Assembly (NCBI RefSeq): GCF_018350175.1
Contig: NC_058383.1
Location: 62,001-126,000 of the forward strand
Source: Felis catus
Taxonomy: Eukaryota
Reading direction: 5' to 3'
Length of the DNA stretch: 64,000 nt
A program made the translations under genes and the position numbers. Below are positions 54,452 through 64,000 of this stretch, piece after piece (the first letter of the stretch is position 1; every line of letters begins with the position of its first letter). The notes under the pieces were generated by a model. The model ran no database searches. It was not told the origin of the DNA and saw only the letters and a list, made by a program, of their open reading frames with translations.

Positions 54452-54950
54452 ATCTGAGTATCAAAAATAGACAACCAACACCTAAGTTAACACTGGATGT
54501 ATTTCACAATAGAAACAATAATGCTAGTATGTGCAACAAGAAATATTTGTACTTGCCTAAGCTCTATCAGGGCAGATAACCATGGATAGTTAACCATAAG
54601 CTAAAAATAACCTAACTGTAAAGTCAATATCAAACCAATTGTTGATGCAACACAGATAGGCCATTAAGGAAAGATGAAAAGAAGTAAAAGGAACTCAGCA
54701 AACACAAACCCCATCTGTTTATCAGTAAAATCACCTCTAGCATTTCTAGTTTTACAGGCCCTGAATGCCCAGAGACATTCATGAAATGGCCATAGTATCC
54801 TGACCATGCAAAGGTAGCATAATCACTTGTTCCCTAAATAGTGACTCATACGAATGGCCACACGAGGGTTTTACTGTGTCTTCCAATCAGTGAAATGGAA
54901 CTTCCCATGAAGAGGCGGGAATAGGGCAAGAAGACAAGTAGAACGATGGA
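54452..54950 (+). pseudogene. MT-RNR2: NUMT: mitochondrial 16S rRNA fragment, copy 1
   Basis: AAAAGAAGTAAAAGGAACTC, TCACCTCTAGCAT, TATCCTGACC.TGCAAAGGTAGCATAATCA, GAATGGCCACACGAGGG and GAAGAGGCGGGAATA are conserved mt-16S motifs, here with many substitutions. Confidence 0.93.
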
Positions 54951-54959
54951 TCTGCTTTC

Positions 54960-55270
<311 letters not shown>

Positions 55271-58200
55271 GCAAATACGTGTGACCTAAAAGGAACATGA
55301 ACGCTACATCGCCGATGAAGGGATGCAGAAGGGACACATGCATGATCCCCTCCATGCTGAGGTGGGGGCAAGCACATGAGTGACACCCCTCCATTCCAGA
55401 GACAATGGCGCAATGGTGACCCCCCACCCTTGATGTGGTAGGGTGCATGTTTCAACCCCTTTCTGTCGAAAGGTGGGGGAGCGCTAATGCTCGAAAACCT
55501 TCCATACCCAGGGTGGAGGAAGTATGACCTAAGACTTACCCTCCCCTTATGTCAGTGCCAACCCTAACACTTACCTTAAGAGATGCATGTTTCTTCAGCT
55601 GTGAAAGTGAAAGAACCATTCGTGAAACATCGCGTTTAATAGTGACATCACTACTCTCTCCCTGAAGGATGGCACTGTGCATGTGTGGCCATCTCATACA
55701 CCAACCAGGGATAAGGCAGAATTCTGAACCACCTCTGACGTCAAGTGGGGTGGGGCACATGTTTGAACACCCTCCATCACTGAGGAGGCTTCTGTGCATG
55801 TGTGAACACCCTTCCCGCTGAGGTGAGTTGGGCCAAGCGTGAACACTCTCCCTTGCTGAGGGAGGGTTGTGTGCCTGTACAAATGGTCTACTTCACAGAT
55901 AGGGGGTTGTGGTCATACCTGAACCCCCTTCGGACAGGAGGGGGTCTTTACATATGCGTGAACACCATTCTGGCGAGGGGAGCGGGGAGCATATGTCAAT
56001 GGCCTCCCTGGCCACAGAGTTGCATGGTACATGCACGAAAGCACCCCTCCCTCATAGAGAGGGGCTTGTTCGTATGTGTGAACACCCTGCCATGTCAAGG
56101 GGGCGTGGTGCGTATGAGAACCTTCTCCCCGTGGAGAAGGCTGGGCGCATGCGTGAACCCCATTCCACAATGAGAGTGTTTGTGCACATGTGTGAGTACC
56201 CGTTTGTCCCTAGGTGTGGCAGTGCCCGTGCGTGAATAGCCTCCCGCAATAAGGGAGTGGGGCGCATATGTCAACACCCTGCTGTGCCCAAGTGGGGTTG
56301 GGCTCATGGGTGAACACGCTCCCATGCCAAAGGGGAACACGCTAATGCTTGGAAATCCACGCGAAGGGGGAGGAAGCTTGATCAAACCCTTACCCTACCA
56401 CTGATAATAATGTTAACCCTAAACATAACCTTAAGAGATACGTTTTCTTCAGCTGTGAAAGTGAAAAGAACCATTCATGAAACATCACATTCAATAGTGA
56501 CATCAGTACTTCCTCCCTGAGGGGTGGCACTGTGCATGGGTGACCGACTCACATGCTGACAGGGTGCCAGGCGGAAGCCTGAACAACCTCCTGTGCTAAG
56601 TGGGGCAGGGCGCATGCGCCAACGACCTCCCTGGCTGAGGTGGTGGTTCTACGCATATCTGAACACCCTTCTTTGCTCAAGGGAGGGGGGCGCATGTACA
56701 AATGCCTTCCCTCATTAAGGGGGGCTGTGCGCATGCATGAACACCCGCCGGTAAGGGGGGGGGGGGCTGTGCGCATGCCTGTAGAGCCTACTGCAGTAGC
56801 GGGTAAGGAGCATGCATGAATGCCCTCCCTCGCTGATGGTGGTTGTGCTAATGTGGAAACGCCCTATGTCTTTGAGCGGGAGTTTTGTGCATGTATGAAC
56901 ACACTTCCGCCAGTAGGGAGAGCTGTGCACATGTGTGAACAGCCCCCCCATGGTATGGGGTGGGGCCCACGTGCGAATAGCATCCCTCCCCTAGCCGGGG
57001 TTGTTTACAAACGTGAACACACTTCCGCCACGACAGGGGCTGGTCACATCTATGAACAACCTCCAGTGCTGAGGGGACGAGGTGCATAGGTCAACACCCT
57101 CCGTGCCAAAGTGGGTATGGGGCGCATGCTTAAACCATTCCCTTGCTGAGGGATGCATGGCGCATGTGTGAACACCCTCCCTCATGGAGGGGTTGTTGTA
57201 CGCATGCATGAATACTGTCCCTCAATGACTGTGGGCTGTGCCCATGCATGAACACAACCTCCCCTACTGGCAGAAGAGGGCGGGGCAGATGCGTGAATAT
57301 TCTCCCATGGTGATGTATCAAGTCACATAGGTCAACACCTTCTCATGCCAAATGGGGGATGGTGCACATGGGTGAATGCCCTTACGCCAGGAGGGGGGGG
57401 GCTTACACACATGAGAACAAACTCCCGCGCTAGTGGGGCAGGGTGCATGCGCAAACGCCCTCCATTGCAAAGGGGGGTTGTGCGTGAGAACATCCTTCTA
57501 CCCCAAGGGAGGGCTGTGCACATCCGTGAACATGTGCCAAGTGGGGCAGGGAGCATGAGTGAAACACTTCTCATGCAGAGAGGGGGAGCAAGCATGACCT
57601 AACCCTTACCCTAAACCCTAGATGTAATGCTAACCCTAACCCTTACCTTAAGTGATGGGTGCTTCTTCAGCTGTGAAAATGAAAAGAATTATTGATGAAA
57701 AGTCACATTTAATAGTGACAACACTACTCCCTCTCCGAGGGGTGGCACTGTTAATGGGTGACACCCTCCCTCGCCGAGGGGTGAGGAGCATGTGTGAACC
57801 ACCTCCCATGTGGAGGGAGACAGGGCACATGTGTCAACACCCTCACTCACCTTGGGGGGGATGTGCAAATGTGCGAATGCGTGAACGCACTACCAAGTGG
57901 AAGGAGATGGGGCACATGTGTGAACACCCTACCATGCTGAAAGGGGCGGGGCACATGCATGAATATTCTCCCGCACTGAAGGGCGGTGCTATTGTGTGAA
58001 TATACTCTGGTGATGAGGGGGTGTGGAAGCATGACCTAACCCTTACCCTAACCGTTAATGGTAATGCTAACCCTAACCCTTACCTTAAGGGTTGTCTGCT
58101 AGTTCAGCTGTGAAAGTGAAAAGAACCATTCATGAAACATCACATTTAATAGTGGCATCACTATTCCCTCATTGATGGGTGGCACTCTGCATGGGTGACC

Positions 58201-58475
58201 TCTCCCACACCAAGGTGGGGCTGTGCACATGTGTAAAAACCCTCCCATGCTGAGGTGGGCAAGACACATGCATGAATCATCTCCCATGCATAGGTGGGGT
58301 GTGCCCATGAGTGAACACTCTCCCACACCGAGAGGTGGTGGTGCACATGTATGAACAATCTGTCCCGAAGTGGGGACCTACCTATGTATGAAAGCCCTCC
58401 CCAGCGGAGGTGGAGTGAAACACATGCTTCAATATTTTACCACTCTCAGGGGGTGGGGTAAAAGGGTGAACACTC

Positions 58476-58699
58476 GGGGCGCCTGGGTGGCGCAGTCGGT
58501 TAAGCGTCCGACTTCAGCCAGGTCACGATCTCGCGGTCCGTGAGTTCGAGCCCCGCGTCAGGCTCTGGGCTGATGGCTCGGAGCCTGGAGCCTGTTTCTG
58601 ATTCTGTGTCTCCCTCTCTCTCTGCCCCTCCCCCGTTCATGCTCTGTCTCTCTCTGTCCCAAAAATAAATAAACGTTGAAAAAAAAAATTAAAAAAAAA
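58476..58699 (+). mobile_element. Young SINEC_Fc-like SINE
   Basis: CpG-rich, near-consensus body, long A tail, perfect 16-bp TSD AAAAGGGTGAACACTC (58460-58475, 58700-58715). Confidence 0.96.
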
Positions 58700-60112
58700 A
58701 AAAGGGTGAACACTCTCCTTTGCTCAGGATAGCAGGGTAATGCATGAAACATTCCCATGCTGAGGGGGGAGAGCGAGCATGAACTAACAGTTATCTTAAC
58801 CCTTAACTGTACTGCTAACCTTACCCTTGACCTTAAGAGATGTATGCTTCTTCAGCTGTGAAAGTGAAAACAGCCATCCATGAAAAATGAGATTTAATAG
58901 TAGCATCACTACTCCCTTACTGACTAGTGGCGCTGTGCACAAGTGACCCTCTCCAGCGCCTCGGGGGGCAGGGCACATGCGTGAACCCCCTCTTGCACCT
59001 AGAGGCGTGTGCGTGCACATAACTGAACACCCTCCCAAGTCAACGGGGGACTGTGCGCATGCGTGAACAACCTCCTGAGCCAAACAGGGCAGGGTGCAGG
59101 GGCAAATGCCCTCCCTCTCCTAGGGTTGTGGTGCCCATGCGTTAACACCCTCACACACGAGAGGGGTGCAGGCACATACATCAACACGCTCCCCCGCCGA
59201 AGGGGGCTGGGTCCTATTGGTGAACACCCTCTCAAGATGAGAGGGGGCGTCGAGCATGTGTGAATGCCCTCCCACTCCAAGGGAGGGTGCAGGCATGGCC
59301 TATCCCTTACCCGAACCACGAACGGCAATCCTAACCATAACCCTTACCTTAAGAAATGCCTGCTTCTTCAGCTGTGAAAGTGAAAAGAGCCATTCATAAA
59401 ACAACACATTAAATAGTGGCATCACTACTCCTTTGTGGAGGGGAGGCAGGGTGCATGCCTGAACACCCTTTGGCATCAAGGGTGGCGGGGGTCAGGCGTG
59501 ACCTTCCTCCCTTGCCAAACGGGGGGGGGGTGCAAGCATGACCTAACTCTTACCCTATCCCTCAGGGTAATCCAAACCCTAACCCTCATCATAAGAGACG
59601 CTGCTTCTTCAGCCATGAAAGTGAAAAGACCCATTCATGAAACATCAGATTTAATAGTAGCATCACTACTCCCTCACCAAGGGGGGCCGGCACATGGATG
59701 ACACCCTCCCATGCTGAGGGGTGGCAAGGTGCATGAGTGCCTCCCTCCCGCACCTAAGGGGGGGTGTAAGTGTGACCTAACCTTTATCACAACCCCTAAC
59801 TCTAACTCTAATTCTAACCCTAACCCTAACTGTAACATAAGACTGCTTCTTCAGCTCTGACTGTGATGAAAACTATTCAAGAAATGTTAGATTTAGTGGT
59901 GGCATCACTACTCCCTTGCCGATGGGGGAGTGCTAGCATGACACCCGTCCAAGGCCGATAAGGGGTTCGAGCATTACACCCCTGCATCGCCAAGTACGTG
60001 TATCAGGCTGTCCTAGAAGGGCAAAAGATATGATTCGCGTACTGTAGGCGGTTGTTAGGTCTGTGGCGATGAGCGTTCATAATATGGCTCAGGCACTTGT
60101 ATATGATCTTAA

Positions 60113-60765
60113 GATCTGAATACAAAAAAAAGACAACCAACCCCTAAGTTATGACCAGGTTAATTTCACAAAAGAAGCAATAAGGCTAGTATGTGCAACA
60201 AGAAATATTTGTCCTTGCATAAACGTCTATCAGAGCAGATAACCATGGATAAACATAAGATAAAAATAACCTAACTGTAAAGTCAATATCAAACCAATTT
60301 TTGACCCAACACAGATAGGCAATCAAGGAAAAATGAAAAGAAATAAAAAGAACTCAGTGAACACAAGCCCCACCTGTTTACCAATAAAATAACCTGTAGC
60401 ATTTGTAGTTTTAGAGGCCCTGCCTGCCCAGGGACATTCGTGAAATGACCGTGCAAAGGTAGCATAATCATTTGTTCCCTAAATAGTGACTCATATGAAT
60501 GGCCACACAAGGGTTTTACGGTGTCTTCCAATCAGTGAAATGGAACTTCCCATGAAGAGGTGGGAATAGGACAAGACCCTATGGAGCTTTCATTCACTGG
60601 CCTACAGAGACAACATCAATACAACCAATAGGGACAACACATCTCCCCATGGGCCAACAATTTAAGTCGGGGTGACCTCAGAGAATATCCCCTCCGAGGG
60701 ATTTAGATGTACACTTATCAGTCAAAAGTACAACCTCACTTATTGATCCAAAATACATGACCAAC
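60113..60765 (+). pseudogene. MT-RNR2: NUMT: mitochondrial 16S rRNA fragment, copy 2 (longer)
   Basis: Same motifs as copy 1 plus AGACCCTATGGAGCTT, GGGGTGACCTC.GAGAA and TCACTTATTGATCCAAAA. Confidence 0.94.
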
Positions 60766-61329
60766 ACCTTAGGTTCAATACATGTACCCTGCTGGAGTTT
60801 CATTTTGGGCATGGGTGGTTGTTGTCTCCACATTCGGTGCAGGGTTATGAAACGGTGGTGGTGGGTGTTTTCTCCTCTTCCATAAAGAGTTCCAAGGCGA
60901 CCATTTGTGAGAGCCAAGCAGTAGCTGGTCTGCTCCTGAATCCCCCTCTGCTTAGGGTTCCCTGTTGGGTGTCATAGCAGTGACCTAGAGGAAACATGAG
61001 AGAAGATGTCAGAAGACACTCAGGTAACCAAAGATGTGAATGAAGAACCTCCTCAAACACCATCAGAAGACTATGGGACAGTGCTACCATCCATAGTTAC
61101 AGTCCAGTATCCGGGAGCATGTGGGATGCGCTAGAGGAATGCAGTGTCACAGTGGACAAGAGGTGTCTGGCTCGTAGAAGAAATGTTGTGCACCCCCGGT
61201 GCTGGTTGGGGAGATGTCCTATATGTCGTCAGCTATGCCAAAGATAACAAAAGAACAGTGGACGAGACAGACACCCTGCTTCTTCAGGAATGAAAGTGAA
61301 AAGAGCCATCCAGGAAATATCGGATTGAA

Positions 61330-61533
61330 AATGATTTTAGGTACATTAATTTTTGAAAGAGACAAAGAACACAAGTGGGGCATAGGCAGAGAGGGAGAGA
61401 GACAGACGGCATCTGAAGCAGGCTCCAGATTCAGAACCATCAGCACAGAATCCACCCAGGGCTCAAAACCAGACCGAGAGACCATGACCCAAGACAAAGT
61501 GGGACGCTTAACCCAATGAGACACCCAGGTGCC
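61330..61533 (-). mobile_element. CanSINE, old, inserted in a satellite box
   Basis: TCTGAAGCAGGCTCCAG...GACCATGACC...GGACGCTTAACC...CACCCAGGTGCC. Confidence 0.85.
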
Positions 61534-62089
61534 AAAGAAAACATCTGAATTAAAAGGAATATCACTGCTACATCGCGGATAAAGGGGAGCAGATGGGATA
61601 CATGCGTGAAGCCCTCCCACACCAAGGGGGATTGCGACCATGACCTAAACCTTACACTGACATCTAATATTGATGCTAAACATAAAACTTACCTTATGAA
61701 ACGCCTGCTTTTTCAGCTGTGAAAGTGAAAAGAGATATTCAAGATTTAATACTGGCATCAGTATCAGATTTAATACTGGCATCAGTAATCCCAAACTAAG
61801 GAGTGGTGAGGCTCATGGGTGATACCATTGTACGCAGAGGGTATGGAGGGTCACATATGTGAACACAACCCATGCACCAAAATAAGAATGGAAGATATGT
61901 GAAACGCTACCATACTGAGAAAGGGCGGGGTGACGGTGCAAAACACTCCAGAGCAAAGCTGGAATGGGGTGAGGGGAGAACAACCTGAGGTGCAGAGAGA
62001 CTGGGGTGATAACATGAACACAATCCCTCAAAGATGGAGGGTGGTGTCCATGCATGAACACCTTCCCTCTCAAAGTGGGGGTGCAAGCA

Positions 62090-62365
62090 TGACCTACTCC
62101 TTGACCAACTCCTAACCCTATCACTAAATGAAATCCCACCAACTAAAGCTAACACCTAACCATAACCATAACCCTAATGCTAAATCATGCCCCTACTCTT
62201 CCCCTAACCCTACCCCTAACTCTAACTAACCATTAACGTAAATATAACCTGAACTAACCCTAACCTTAAACTTAACCGTCTAACACTAACCCTCTAACTC
62301 TAACCCTAAAACCCTAACCTTAATGCTCTAACTCTACCCGCTAACCATAAAACTATAAACCTAAG
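62090..62365 (+). repeat. Degenerate interstitial telomere-like (TAACCC)n tract
   Basis: Run of TAACCC/TAACCA/TAACCT/TAACTC hexamer variants. Confidence 0.8.
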
Positions 62366-64000
62366 GCCCTCCCCCACAGGAATCCATATCGAAAGACTAA
62401 CAACAGCATGCACATGGGGACCAGAAACAGTTCATGACACTCGGCATGGAACGTAGAAAACACCATATATTTCCAAGTGTGGCTGCAGCTGCACAAGAGG
62501 ATTCCTGAGGCCTAACCGATGGGTGACCCATGCAGTTGTCTGGCTTTGGAACCCAAAGAGTAATCCTGACCAGCACCCTCCCTTGTATACTCCACTCAGC
62601 CCTTTGGGAAGACAACTGCTCTGCTGTGGGTTCAGTGCCTGGAGCCTCCTGGGACCTAACCCTAATGCTAACCAGAACTGTACGCTAACCCTCAACCTCA
62701 ACCTAACCCTATCTCTCACACTACACACACATATCTACACCAGACCGGATACAGTTGTCTATCCTTGGAACTGAAAGACTAATCCTGACCCACAGCCTCC
62801 ATTGTGCACTCCACTCAGTCATTCCAGGAGGCAATTGCACTGTTGTGGATTCAGCGCTTGGAGCCTAGGGACTGATGTGAACCCTAACCATACCCCTATA
62901 CATAACCCTCAATCTAATCGTAACCCTGTTTCTAACCCTAACCCTACACTTGAGCCGCACCCTCGCATGGTATCTCAGGTCAGCCCTCAAGGGAAATCAC
63001 GAGACTGGAGTTGTTTTGGCACTGGTGACTTCCCTGCACTGAACCCTAACCCTGGCTAAGGCTCCATTCCCCATGGGACCCAATTCAAAGTCTGACATCA
63101 GCACGCACATGGTGTCGAGAAGCAGTGCAGGAATACTCAGTGTGGAATGTGGAACATCATCATGTCATTTCAAAAGCCCGGCTGCCACTGTACTTGAGGA
63201 TTCAACAGGCCTACCGGAAGAGTACCTGAAACATTAATCTGGACTTGGAAACAAAAGACTAATCCGGACTGGCAGCCTCCATTGTGCACTCTGCTCAGCC
63301 CTTTGGGAGACAAGTGCACTGCTGTGGGTCCAGTGCCTGGAGACTCCTGGGACATAAATCTAAACCTAACCGTAACCCTAACTATAACCCTCAACCTAAA
63401 CCTAACCCTATCTCTCACACTAACTCTATACCAGACAAGGGTTCTCACTTCAGCCCTCCATGAAATTCATGAGACTGGAGTCCCTTGACCTGGTGATGTC
63501 CTGGCACTGAATCCTAACCCTAGCTATGTCTCCTTCCTCATGGGGACCCAATTCCAATAACGGACAACAGCACGCACATGGTGTAGAGAAGCGGTGCAGG
63601 ATTACTTGGTGTGGAACCTGGAACATCACCATGTCATTTCCAAAGCCCAGAGGGAGCTGCACAAGGGCGCTGCTGAGGCCCAACTAAGGAGTGTCCTACA
63701 CCCGAGGATGGCTTGACACCCTAAGACTAAGAAGGAATGGCACCATCCCTTGCACCCTCCACTCAACCCTCTAGGAGACCTCTGCACTACTTAGGTTTCT
63801 GTATTTATGCACCTCCTGGAACCTACCCCTAACCCTCACCTTGATCCTAGCCGTATTCCTCAACCTAAACCTCACCCCAACTCTAACACTAACGCTACCC
63901 CTGACCTGCTACCACGCACGGCCCTCACTCAGAATCAATGGAGATAAATGGAATGTTGTTGCTTCAGCTTTGTTTATGTCCCTGGATCAAACTGTAACCC
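62366..64000 (+). repeat. Divergent FA-SAT monomers (edge-type variant)
   Basis: GGAACATCACCATGTCATTT, GACTAATCCTGAC, CTCCACTCAGCCC, GGAGCCTCCTGGGACCTAACCC; continues past the window end. Confidence 0.85.

Larger units (their letters stand above)
55280..62100 (+). repeat. Compound satellite: TAACCC-like tract + ~70-bp box + variable ~36-bp minisatellite units
   Basis: Box TTCTTCAGCTGTGAAAGTGAAAAGA.CCATTCATGAAACATCACATTTAATAGTG.CATCACTACTC at about 55591, 56445, 57663, 58100, 58848, 59364, 59605, 59846, 61280 and 61708; GCATGTGTGAACACCCTCCC units lie between boxes. Confidence 0.88.

Noticed and set aside
61078..61248. RING-like peptide (...[14 protein letters not shown])
   Set aside because: Only CPICR matches; spacing of the other zinc ligands does not fit and the frame is short
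55591..61780. CRISPR-like repeat-spacer array
   Set aside because: Repeats are ~70 bp, spacers are 170 to >1000 bp and themselves repetitive, there are no cas genes, and the context is mammalian

Overview
Mammalian (felid, most likely cat) nuclear DNA, identified by FA-SAT satellite, carnivore tRNA-derived SINEs (CanSINE/SINEC_Fc-like) and L1_Fc-like LINEs. The window looks like a heterochromatic (subtelomeric/pericentromeric-type) mosaic, and I can support no intact host protein-coding gene. In order: a divergent FA-SAT fragment (1-270); a dense stack of L1s and SINEs (about 1.5-19.9 kb), including one full-length but frameshifted minus-strand L1 with TSDs and extra 5' sequence; a repeat-poor block with internal diverged duplications and a CTCF motif (20-28 kb); more L1 (28-32 kb); a ~12 kb FA-SAT array of ~480-bp TAACCC-rich monomers (32.3-44.4 kb); a truncated L1; an island of ancient MIR/L2/MLT1 repeats (49.4-54.2 kb); a compound satellite I do not recognise, made of a telomere-like tract, a conserved ~70-bp box and a variable ~36-bp minisatellite, which carries two duplicated mitochondrial 16S rRNA NUMTs (54.2-62.1 kb); a degenerate telomere-like tract; and divergent FA-SAT to the end. 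Repeat subfamily names come from recalled consensus sequences and by-eye comparison, not database searches. Boundaries are approximate unless TSDs are quoted.
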